From positions 1 to 64,000 of the IMG/VR virus record IMGVR_UViG_3300009169_000001: a stretch of DNA of 64,000 nucleotides. One strand, 5' to 3'. The notes under the pieces are model-generated. The model saw only the letters and a list, made by a program, of their open reading frames with translations, was not told the DNA's origin and searched no databases. Made by a program: the position numbers and the translations under genes. Numbering within the stretch: position 1 is the first letter of the stretch; every line of letters begins with the position of its first letter. This document shows positions 40,643 through 48,473 of the stretch, piece by piece. This DNA is from a virus.

Positions 40643-41059
40643 ATGGCAGCTGACATCAAAGAATCACCATACCAACGATGGCACCGCAAGAACAAAGAGG
40701 ATTTCAACAAACGTCGCCGGGAGCGTTACTCCGTAGACAAGAAGTACCGGAACAAACAGCTGGAGATGGCTCGCCGTCGCAGGCTGGCACAACCACCCAA
40801 GGAGAAATCCGTGGATGAAGGCCTGACCACTTCGGAGGCAGGCCAGATGGTCGGGCGTAAGGCGCAGACCCTTCTCCTGTGGGAGAAGATCGGCCTGATC
40901 CCGGCACCGCTCAAGACACCGTTCCGACGGTACACCGAAGTACAGGTGAACCTGATGGCACTGCTGGCTGAGTATATGAACACCAACCGCGTCCGCCGTG
41001 CGAAGCATGAAGACGAGGAGCTGGATAAGTTGATCCAACACATTAGGGAGAAGTGGTGA
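40643..41059 (+). CDS. MerR-like HTH DNA-binding protein
   Basis: TTSEAGQMVGRKAQTLLLWEKIGLIP...RRYT. Confidence 0.72.
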   Translation: MAADIKESPYQRWHRKNKEDFNKRRRERYSVDKKYRNKQLEMARRRRLAQPPKEKSVDEGLTTSEAGQMVGRKAQTLLLWEKIGLIPAPLKTPFRRYTEVQVNLMALLAEYMNTNRVRRAKHEDEELDKLIQHIREKW

Positions 41060-41742
41060 TGGCTATTACCAAAGTGAGTAAAAACGCACCGTCTAACGCC
41101 CCGTCTGACGGCAAGCCCTCCGTAGTCGGCGGGTTCATGGCCAAGAAGCTGGCCGCGCTGCAAGCGGAGCTGGGCGTGGACCCGCTAGACGGCGTTCAGG
41201 AGGAGGCCTCTATCCCATGGGTGGAGGAGGACGTGGGCCCCGAACAAGAGCCGGGTGTCGTGGTGGGCTATGATTTCTCCCCGACGAAGGACACCACCAG
41301 CACCACACCGTACACCATCGGCGAGGCCCTCAAGAAAGGCGAGAACCTGAAGAAGACCGCTGCGGGTCACGCGACCACCACCCTGCAGCACACCGTAGCT
41401 TCGACGGCTGCCGAAGACCCGGAAGAGGTTTTTGAGGAGCAGGTGCCTGCACCCCACCTTATGACAGCGGCCAGCCTTGCCAAGGTCGATATTGAGCTGG
41501 GCCGTACGATCAACACGGGCAATTACAGCAGCGCCCGGTTCTCGGTGCGCCTGACCATGCCGTGTGACCCGGAGCACCTCGACAGCACCTACCAGTTCGT
41601 GGAAGCATGGGTTTCTGATCGGGTCATCGCACTGGCGGCGCAGGTCTCGGCCCCCGCTAATCAGGATACGGGATCTGCTAAATCACCCGTCAGCTACTCT
41701 GCCAAATCACCCTTCAGCTACAGTGGCGAGGAAGACCTCTGA
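41053..41742 (+). CDS. Hypothetical protein
   Basis: Acidic N-terminal part; TINTGNYSSAR motif; upstream of recA. Confidence 0.6.
   Translation: MVMAITKVSKNAPSNAPSDGKPSVVGGFMAKKLAALQAELGVDPLDGVQEEASIPWVEEDVGPEQEPGVVVGYDFSPTKDTTSTTPYTIGEALKKGENLKKTAAGHATTTLQHTVASTAAEDPEEVFEEQVPAPHLMTAASLAKVDIELGRTINTGNYSSARFSVRLTMPCDPEHLDSTYQFVEAWVSDRVIALAAQVSAPANQDTGSAKSPVSYSAKSPFSYSGEEDL
41674..41721. repeat. Tandem 24-bp duplication (SAKSPVSY/SAKSPFSY)
   Basis: TCTGCTAAATCACCCGTCAGCTAC followed by TCTGCCAAATCACCCTTCAGCTAC. Confidence 0.85.
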
Positions 41743-42785
41743 TGGCGTCTGGTGAGCTGGAACAAATCCTCAAGAAGGCCCACAAAGATTTTGGGGAAGG
41801 TATTGGCGGTAAGGGACATTCGCTCCTGCCTGTGGACCGGATCAAGACGGGGATGTTCGCGCTGGACCTTGCGACCGGTGGCGGGTTTCCCCGAGGCAAG
41901 ACCAGCATCATCTACGGGCCGGAGTCATCAGGCAAGACCACCATCGCCTACAACGCGCTCGCCTTTGTGCAGAACGTGCTGCAGATGGACGCCGTGCTAA
42001 TCGACATCGAGAACTCCTTCGACCCGGTGTGGGCTGAGGCGTGCGGGATCAACGTGGAGAAGCTGGTCCTGCTCTACCCGGAGACGGCGGAGGTTGCCGT
42101 GGATCTGGTAGATGCCACCATCCGCGCCGAGTCTGTGGGCCTCGTGGTGCTGGACTCCATTGGGTCCATGATCACCTACAACGAGGTGGAGAGCGACGCC
42201 GGGAAGCAGATCGTGGGCGGCTCAGCACAGATCGTGAGCAAGATGATGCGCAAGGTGGGGCAGGCTTACATGGCCGAGGCCAAGCGCGGGCACCAGCCCG
42301 CACTGATCTGCATCAACCAGATCCGTCACAAGATCGGCGTGATGTTTGGTGACCCTGAAGGCATGCCCGGAGGCAACCTGCTGAAGTTTGCCAGCAGTAT
42401 GACGCTGCGGGTGTACGGCAAGGACAAGATGGTGGAGGCAATCAACAAGGACATGCCTGTGCTCAAGACCATCAAGGGCATTCTGAAGAAGTGGAAGGTC
42501 CCGATCCTCGCCAAGAATTTCGAGTGCGACATGTGCACCGTGGCCCACGACGGTATGACGCCCGGCGACACCGAGTCATGGAACACCGTGGTCAATTACC
42601 TGAAGCTCCACGGCACCGTAGCCAAGCACGGCACCGGGTGGGTGTGCTTCGGGGAAGAGTTCAAGACACTGGCGGCCATCAAGGAGCGCTACATGGTGAA
42701 CCAGCTCTACCGCGTGAAGCTGCAACAGTCCGTCGTGGATCTGGAGTTGGGGAGTGGCCAATCCATACCTGCGCAGGTCGGCTAA
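41742..42785 (+). CDS. recA: RecA/UvsX-like recombinase
   Basis: GGFPRG...YGPESSGKTT; VVLDSI; INQIR.KIGVMFGDPE..PGG..LKF. Confidence 0.93.
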   Translation: MASGELEQILKKAHKDFGEGIGGKGHSLLPVDRIKTGMFALDLATGGGFPRGKTSIIYGPESSGKTTIAYNALAFVQNVLQMDAVLIDIENSFDPVWAEACGINVEKLVLLYPETAEVAVDLVDATIRAESVGLVVLDSIGSMITYNEVESDAGKQIVGGSAQIVSKMMRKVGQAYMAEAKRGHQPALICINQIRHKIGVMFGDPEGMPGGNLLKFASSMTLRVYGKDKMVEAINKDMPVLKTIKGILKKWKVPILAKNFECDMCTVAHDGMTPGDTESWNTVVNYLKLHGTVAKHGTGWVCFGEEFKTLAAIKERYMVNQLYRVKLQQSVVDLELGSGQSIPAQVG

Positions 42786-43122
42786 CAACAAGACTGGGCA
42801 CGGGCGTAAGGCGGAGAAGCGTCTGGCCCGTGAGCATGGTGCAAGGCTAACACCGGGGTCCGGGGCATTCTCGGGCCACAAGTCCGACATGACACGTGAA
42901 GGAGCGGGGGTAAAGTTGCAGATCGAAGTGAAGACGACCAACAACGACAGCATTGGTATCAAGCTGAAGTGGCTGGACAAAATAACCCAAGAGGCCAAGG
43001 GCACTAACTCGCTGCCGATTCTGATGGTGTCCTTCGTCACGGACAACGGCGCAGCCCGGCCCAATGGTGACTGGGTGATGATGCCCAAGGCCCTGTTTGA
43101 CTTACTGGATGGACTCGAATGA
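42754..43122 (+). CDS. PD-(D/E)xK nuclease, Holliday-junction-resolvase-like
   Basis: G..AE...P.SGA...K.D...IEVK. Confidence 0.7.
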   Translation: MANPYLRRSANNKTGHGRKAEKRLAREHGARLTPGSGAFSGHKSDMTREGAGVKLQIEVKTTNNDSIGIKLKWLDKITQEAKGTNSLPILMVSFVTDNGAARPNGDWVMMPKALFDLLDGLE

Positions 43123-44012
43123 CCCTGAAGAAAGCCAAGATGACCCAGACCCATGCGGGGATACCCAGCCTGATCGAGATCGCTGAGCACCTTATGGGTA
43201 AGACTGAACCGGGGCGGCCCTTCAGTACCATCCATGCGTCGATGCTGACCAACGAGAAGAAGCGCTTCTGTCCGCGTGAGGTGGCCCTGTCCGACATCAC
43301 GGGCAACGCGCCCAAAGGCGAGTACATCAGCGCCACGCTCAAGGCTACGTTCGATGTAGGCTGGCAGATCCACCACCTGATGACGGACAACTGGCTACGG
43401 CAGATCGCCGTGGGGAACTGGAGGTGTCCACGCTGTGAGCAGGCAAGCGGTTGGGGCCCGTATCCAGAGGATGGCTTCTGCCTGCATTGCGCGAGTAGCC
43501 ACAGGAAGTGGATCTACTTGGAGGCGAACTTTGTCCACACGGATACCAAGATCAGCGGGTCCATCGATTTGATTGTGGACCTTGGGCTGGAGAAGCTGAT
43601 CCCGGTCGAGATCAAGTCGATCGATAAGGATCAGTTCAAAGACCTTGTAGCCCCCCTAGCCGAGCACCGCGTGAGGAGCCAGCTGTATCTCGACCTGATA
43701 AAAAACTCCAACCATCTGCAGGCCCACAAGGTGAGCCACAAGCTGGCCAAGATTATTTACGTGAGCAAGGGGTACGGGGCCAAGAACAGTAATGGCAAGA
43801 TCAGTCCGTTCCGGGAGTTCAACGTACAGGCCAATGAGAAGGCTATTGCACCGTACCTCGCCATGGGTGAAAAAGTGGTGCACTGGCGCACGCAGGGCGT
43901 GATGCCTGCAGGTGTGTGTCCCAACTCGTTCGGCCCCCGTGTGAGTTCCTGCTCGTGTCCCAAGGAATGCTTCTCGGGGCATTACCCGGCAGGCATGACG
44001 GTGGCCCCATGA
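43119..44012 (+). CDS. Cas4-like PD-(D/E)xK exonuclease
   Basis: CPR, G..IH, SGSID, VEIKS, Q..Y, C-terminal Cys cluster; inserted CxxC..CxxC. Confidence 0.75.
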   Translation: MTLKKAKMTQTHAGIPSLIEIAEHLMGKTEPGRPFSTIHASMLTNEKKRFCPREVALSDITGNAPKGEYISATLKATFDVGWQIHHLMTDNWLRQIAVGNWRCPRCEQASGWGPYPEDGFCLHCASSHRKWIYLEANFVHTDTKISGSIDLIVDLGLEKLIPVEIKSIDKDQFKDLVAPLAEHRVRSQLYLDLIKNSNHLQAHKVSHKLAKIIYVSKGYGAKNSNGKISPFREFNVQANEKAIAPYLAMGEKVVHWRTQGVMPAGVCPNSFGPRVSSCSCPKECFSGHYPAGMTVAP

Positions 44013-44473
44013 CCTACCCGGTACTGGGCATCGATCCTTCAACCTTCACCGGGTACGCCCTACTCTGGGAGACGGGTGTGGTGCTGGCCTCAGAGATCAA
44101 TTTCAAGAAGCTCTCCGGGATACCCCGCGCCGAGGCGTTCATGGACCACACCATGCGGCTGGTAGAGCACCATAAACCCTGCGCTGTGTTCATTGAAGGG
44201 TACGGGTTTGGCAACGCCCACACCCTCGCGATTCTGGTTGAAATAGGTACCGCGATCAGGTTAGCCTTGCATGGCTGTGGCATGACCTACACCGAGGTGG
44301 CTCCGACCTCCCTGAAGAAGTTTGCGACCGGGAAGGGGAACTCCCAAAAGGATCAGGTCATGCTGGCAGTCTACAAAAAATGGGGGTTTACCCCCGAGAC
44401 CAACAACATCGCCGACGCCTATGTGCTGGCCAAGATGGCGGCCAATGCAGAGGGCTGGGCAGACCCCGAGTGA
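44009..44473 (+). CDS. ruvC: RuvC-like Holliday junction resolvase
   Basis: LGIDPS..TG, FIEG, P..LKKFATGKGN..KD, ADA. Confidence 0.85.
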   Translation: MTYPVLGIDPSTFTGYALLWETGVVLASEINFKKLSGIPRAEAFMDHTMRLVEHHKPCAVFIEGYGFGNAHTLAILVEIGTAIRLALHGCGMTYTEVAPTSLKKFATGKGNSQKDQVMLAVYKKWGFTPETNNIADAYVLAKMAANAEGWADPE

Positions 44474-44491
44474 AATTAACTGCACCAATGT

Positions 44492-44520
44492 TTGACAAAC
44501 TAATATACGCCTGCCATAAT
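44492..44520 (+). promoter_or_regulatory. sigma70-type promoter
   Basis: TTGACA-17-CATAAT, 6 bp after a palindrome copy at 44470-44485. Confidence 0.75.
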
Positions 44521-44554
44521 ACTCGCAGGGTCAATCACTAAAGGAGTACGGAAA

Positions 44555-45457
44555 ATGACTGCTACCGCATCAATGCTGAAACAGAAGAAAAAGGCCGTAA
44601 AGGAACAGGCTTCTGAGGAAGGCCTGCTGCTGAAGGTCGCCAATGAGATCCAATCGATGGAGCAGGCTGAGGCGGCGGATAATCTTGCCGTGCTGCTTGA
44701 AAGTGAAGGCCTCAATGACTTTAAACTGGGCGGCGTGCTCGCCCTGTATCAGGCCCACTCTGATTGGTGGGATGGCTGTGAGACCTTCAAGGAATACGTC
44801 AACACCAAGGTGGCCCTGCACTACCGCAAGGTGATGTATCTGATCGAGATCCACGTCTGCCTCGTGGATAACAAGATCGAGTGGGACACCGTCAAGTCCA
44901 TAGGCTGGACTAAGCTGAAGGAGCTGGTCAAGGTGCTCACCCCCGACAACGTCGAGGATTGGGTGGCCAAGGCCAAGGTGATGACCACCCTGCAGCTGAA
45001 GGATGCGGTCAAGGCCCATCTGGCCAGCCTGAACGGCGGGGAGGAAGATCCGGGCATTACCAGTGACGTGACCACCATGACCTTCAAAGTCCACGCTGAC
45101 CAGAAGGAGCAGATCCGTTTGGCGCTGGACAAGGCCAAGGCTGAGCTGAACACTGAGGTGGACACCGTGGCGCTGGAAGGCCTCTGCACTGCCTATCTGG
45201 GCGGGACCTTCGCGATCGAGTCCACCGGTGGTTCACTGGTCGATGCGATCAAGGGCCACAGTCTGGAAGAGATCAATGCGGCGGTCGAGATTGTGTTCCC
45301 CGACGCAGTGATCGAAGGTGCGGTATCGGACGGATTCGCCGCTGCGACCGGCCCGGCTCCAACCCTGTTGCAGACCCTGATCGCCAACGGATCGGACGCG
45401 GTACTGGCTGCCTTTGAAGAGGCTTTCCCCGAGATGGAGTTGACTCTCGCGGTGTAA
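44555..45457 (+). CDS. Helical putative DNA-binding protein (DUF3102-like HTH region)
   Basis: LGG.L...TFKEYV......RKVMYLI.I...IGWTKLKEL; strong promoter and RBS. Confidence 0.5.
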   Translation: MTATASMLKQKKKAVKEQASEEGLLLKVANEIQSMEQAEAADNLAVLLESEGLNDFKLGGVLALYQAHSDWWDGCETFKEYVNTKVALHYRKVMYLIEIHVCLVDNKIEWDTVKSIGWTKLKELVKVLTPDNVEDWVAKAKVMTTLQLKDAVKAHLASLNGGEEDPGITSDVTTMTFKVHADQKEQIRLALDKAKAELNTEVDTVALEGLCTAYLGGTFAIESTGGSLVDAIKGHSLEEINAAVEIVFPDAVIEGAVSDGFAAATGPAPTLLQTLIANGSDAVLAAFEEAFPEMELTLAV

Positions 45458-45500
45458 CTTTCGGTGCGGGAAGTACCTTCATGGGGAAGAACCGATGACA

Positions 45501-45525
45501 GCCGGGAAAGACCGGCGCTTTTTTC
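45501..45525 (+). terminator. Putative intrinsic terminator
   Basis: GCCGG-GAAAGA-CCGGC then GC and T6. Confidence 0.55.
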
Positions 45526-45546
45526 ACGCTCTATAAGGAGATCACA

Positions 45547-45696
45547 ATGAGCGCCAATTCCATCATTTTTTATGGAGGCCTGATCCTGACCTTCATCGCC
45601 CCGACGGATATGAATTTCGCCCTGCTCTTCGGCTTCGGCTGCATGTGCTTCGCCGGGTACCGTTTCCTGCAGCGCGAAAAGAAACGCCTGATTTGA
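45547..45696 (+). CDS. Small membrane protein (49 aa; not in ORF track)
   Basis: RBS TAAGGAG; two hydrophobic segments and a basic tail. Confidence 0.6.
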   Translation: MSANSIIFYGGLILTFIAPTDMNFALLFGFGCMCFAGYRFLQREKKRLI

Positions 45697-45704
45697 AAAA
45701 ATAC

Positions 45705-45734
45705 TTGCACTGACCCCCACATAGTAGTACTATG
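45705..45734 (+). promoter_or_regulatory. Promoter with CATAGTAGTACTATG operator
   Basis: TTGCAC-17-TACTAT; palindrome at 45720-45734. Confidence 0.65.
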
Positions 45735-45771
45735 TCAGTGGAAGTTTGATTCACATTGGGAGGAGCCCGCC

Positions 45772-46005
45772 ATGATCAGTGTCTACCCCGCCTACGGCAG
45801 AGACTACAAATCCAAGGCTGAAGTCATCGAGGCCTTTAACGCCAACAAGGACTTCATCGTCGCAGATGCTTTTCACCGCTACTGCGGCGCGGCCTGCAAC
45901 AAGTCAGACCTTGTCGCCGGGAACGAAGGGAAAGTCAAAATCCGCTACAAGAAGCTGGCCAATATCGTGATCCTCGACGCAGTGTCTGGGAAGGAGGCAA
46001 AGTGA
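45772..46005 (+). CDS. Hypothetical early protein
   Basis: RBS GAGGAG; PAYGRDYKSK motif. Confidence 0.7.
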   Translation: MISVYPAYGRDYKSKAEVIEAFNANKDFIVADAFHRYCGAACNKSDLVAGNEGKVKIRYKKLANIVILDAVSGKEAK

Positions 46006-46220
46006 TGGGCAAGTTAGAACGGCTGAAGGCCCGACTGGAAGCTGGCCACGAGATCAACGAGGCCGCATGCAGTATGTGGGTCGAGGGTAACCGGATCGAG
46101 ATGTCCGGAAGCCGGTGGGGCAACCACTCTATCCTCCGGTCATCGAGTGAGGAGCGGATAGCCGCCCACTGGGCCGGGTACCTGAACAACGCCGCGAGGG
46201 CCGCAGGCCTGATTGATTGA
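46002..46220 (+). CDS. Hypothetical early protein
   Basis: RBS AAGGAGG. Confidence 0.65.
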   Translation: MMGKLERLKARLEAGHEINEAACSMWVEGNRIEMSGSRWGNHSILRSSSEERIAAHWAGYLNNAARAAGLID

Positions 46221-46230
46221 AAAAAAGTAC

Positions 46231-46262
46231 TTGACCCCATAGTAGTACTATGAGACGATAAT
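46231..46262 (+). promoter_or_regulatory. Promoter with operator
   Basis: A-tract, TTGACC, CATAGTAGTACTATG, GATAAT. Confidence 0.65.
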
Positions 46263-46298
46263 GGTGTCGGGGAAGGGTCCCCAATCTGGAAGGAGCCA

Positions 46299-46559
46299 GT
46301 GATGAAAAAGCCAGAATTTCAGTTCAAAGTCGGTGACCGGATCGTGGTCCATGGTCATCGCATCAATGCCGCCATTGCCCAGCGCGGAGAGGTGGTTGAT
46401 ATCTACGCCCTGCCCCGCGACGGGTACCGCTACTGGATCCGCTTCGATGGTGACAGCGCCTCCTACGGGTACGGCGTAGAACAGTCACTGGGGGGCATCA
46501 ACGGTTTGGCCAGCAGCATCAAGGCCTACAGAGTCAACAATCTGGAGTACGCGCTATGA
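46299..46559 (+). CDS. Hypothetical SH3/KOW-like protein
   Basis: FKVGDRIVV...GEVVD...Y.IRFD. Confidence 0.6.
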   Translation: MMKKPEFQFKVGDRIVVHGHRINAAIAQRGEVVDIYALPRDGYRYWIRFDGDSASYGYGVEQSLGGINGLASSIKAYRVNNLEYAL

Positions 46560-46786
46560 GAGAGCAACTTTTCAACCTGTACTGCGGGTCCAACAATGTC
46601 GAGGGCTCGAAGGGGTCACTGGTCCGGGCTGACATCTCCCGGTCCAATGTCTGCTCCGCCCAGATCCAGCGGATGATGGACTACGTGGTGTCCGAGCCCG
46701 CCTGCGTCGGCGTCGAGTTCCAGCTGGAGATTGACGGCGAACTCTGGTACGTCCAGAAGGCTGAATACCGATTCGAAAGTGTTTGA
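46556..46786 (+). CDS. Hypothetical protein
   Basis: ATGA overlap. Confidence 0.55.
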   Translation: MREQLFNLYCGSNNVEGSKGSLVRADISRSNVCSAQIQRMMDYVVSEPACVGVEFQLEIDGELWYVQKAEYRFESV

Positions 46787-46814
46787 CATCCTAGTACTAC
46801 TATGAGACCATAAT
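46783..46814 (+). promoter_or_regulatory. Promoter with operator
   Basis: TTGACA, CCTAGTACTACTATG, CATAAT. Confidence 0.7.
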
Positions 46815-46840
46815 ACTGTAGTCGAGAGGAGGGAGCCGCG

Positions 46841-46987
46841 ATGATTGTTCTGGGTTTTGAGAGAGAAGAGATTCTGGCCTTGGTGGCGGCTGACCTGCCG
46901 CTGGATGATGGCCCGGACGCTGCTGGCGGGAACCACTGGGACGCCTGCGACATCCATGAAGACTTCAACGACGAGTTTGACTACTAG
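46841..46987 (+). CDS. Very acidic 48-aa protein (not in ORF track)
   Basis: RBS GAGGAG; MIVLGFEREEILALVAADLPLDDGPDAAGGNHWDACDIHEDFNDEFDY. Confidence 0.6.
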   Translation: MIVLGFEREEILALVAADLPLDDGPDAAGGNHWDACDIHEDFNDEFDY

Positions 46988-47006
46988 ACCCCAAGGAGGG
47001 ACTGCC

Positions 47007-47252
47007 ATGAAAGCCAATGCACGAAAAGCGTTCAACGAACTGAAGAAGGCCGGGTTTAGCGTGTGGGAAGACCTGCGCTGGTCGAGCCCCGGCTCCGGAG
47101 CCCACTTCGAGATTTCGGGGGAAGACGGCCTCGGGTTCTGCTACTACGACGATTACGATGGTGAGGCCTGCGGTGTGGCCGCCATCCTGAAGAAAAACAA
47201 GCTGTACTTCGAGTGGTACAACGCCGGGGTTGCGGCGGTCTACGATGGGTAA
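47007..47252 (+). CDS. Hypothetical protein
   Basis: RBS AAGGAGG before ATG 47007. Confidence 0.65.
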   Translation: MKANARKAFNELKKAGFSVWEDLRWSSPGSGAHFEISGEDGLGFCYYDDYDGEACGVAAILKKNKLYFEWYNAGVAAVYDG

Positions 47253-47414
47253 GCGCTGCCGGTTCTCCGGCCCGATAGAGACTTCAGTGGGGGAGCGGAT
47301 GTCCGGTAAGGCCCGCTGCCCCGGATGCGGAAGGGTCATGAAGATCGCCCTCCGCAAGAACGATGAAGATGGAATCCGGTACCTCAGGTACCACAACGAG
47401 AAGGAGCTGAAATC

Positions 47415-47738
47415 ATGATGCTACTCCGTAAGTCTGATCTGGCTGCGTTGGAGAAAAACCGGGGCGTCCCATCACCCAAGCCCGTGGTGAAATTCTTCAA
47501 CCCCTGTGGCGCGGCCACGTGGTTGATCGCCGACATCGATGAGGACGGCGACACCCTGTTCGGCCTGTGTGATCTAGGCATGGGTTGCCCGGAACTGGGC
47601 TACGTCTCCCTGCGAGAGCTGGAGAACCTGCGCCTGCCCTTTGGTCTGAAAATTGAGCGGGACCGCAGTTTCAAAGCGAGTAAGTCCCTGCTAGAGTACG
47701 CCAACGAAGCCAGTGCCAACGGTTGCATTCGCGCCTGA
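47415..47738 (+). CDS. DUF2958-family protein
   Basis: PVVKFF.P.GAATWL...D.DGDTLFGLCDLG.G.PELGYVSL.EL. Confidence 0.8.
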   Translation: MMLLRKSDLAALEKNRGVPSPKPVVKFFNPCGAATWLIADIDEDGDTLFGLCDLGMGCPELGYVSLRELENLRLPFGLKIERDRSFKASKSLLEYANEASANGCIRA

Positions 47739-47762
47739 CCCCCGAGACCCGAAAGGGTCCTT

Positions 47763-47787
47763 AGCCCCCCACGAGGGGGCTTTTTTT
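47763..47787 (+). terminator. Intrinsic terminator
   Basis: AGCCCCC-CACGA-GGGGGCT followed by a T-tract. Confidence 0.8.
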
Positions 47788-47846
47788 CGGACATGGAAAA
47801 TGTCCTAAGTTTGATTCTAGGACACGCGGTACGGTACTATCGCGAG

Positions 47847-48473
47847 ATGGCCGATATTAAAACCCCGAAGATGCTCAAGCCACTACCACCTGAGAAGATG
47901 CACGAGGTGAACGTGATGCTGATGGAAGCCCGTCGCACGGCGACCGTTGCCCGGATCATTCAGGAGGACTGGGGTTTTATCCCGGACGTGGAGCGCTCCA
48001 GTCTGATGCGCATCCTGAACCGGCACCGCACTGAGACCATCACCGAGTTCGATGTCCTTGAGCACAACGGGGCCAGCAAGCTACTGGCCTCCGTGGGCGA
48101 TAAACTGGAGCGCCACGTTAAGGTTCTCGACGAGTATCAGGACCTGATCCGACTGCAGAAGGCCCGCATCGCGGCAGGGATGTACAAGGAGGGGATCACC
48201 CCTGACGCTAAGGTGGGGCATGGCAAGCCCGACCGGCAGGTAACCAGCGACATCATGGCCATGAACAACATCCTCAACAGCTACGCCAACATCGGCCTGA
48301 AGATCGGCCTGCTCCGCACCATGACACCGGAGGAAGCCGACAAGGCTACGCGTGGCGTGCTGGTAGGTGAGCTGGCGGGGGACGTGCTGACCGACACCGA
48401 CCTGAAGGTCGGCCTGATGTCCCTGATCGGCAACATCCTCGAAGACGTGAGAGCCTCGCCTGATGACGCCTAA
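47847..48473 (+). CDS. Putative terminase small subunit
   Basis: Helical protein overlapping the terL start. Confidence 0.55.
   Translation: MADIKTPKMLKPLPPEKMHEVNVMLMEARRTATVARIIQEDWGFIPDVERSSLMRILNRHRTETITEFDVLEHNGASKLLASVGDKLERHVKVLDEYQDLIRLQKARIAAGMYKEGITPDAKVGHGKPDRQVTSDIMAMNNILNSYANIGLKIGLLRTMTPEEADKATRGVLVGELAGDVLTDTDLKVGLMSLIGNILEDVRASPDDA

Noticed and set aside
43119-44012. Cas4-like gene as evidence of a CRISPR-Cas system
   Set aside because: No repeat-spacer array or other cas genes seen; stand-alone Cas4-like nucleases are common in phage replication modules
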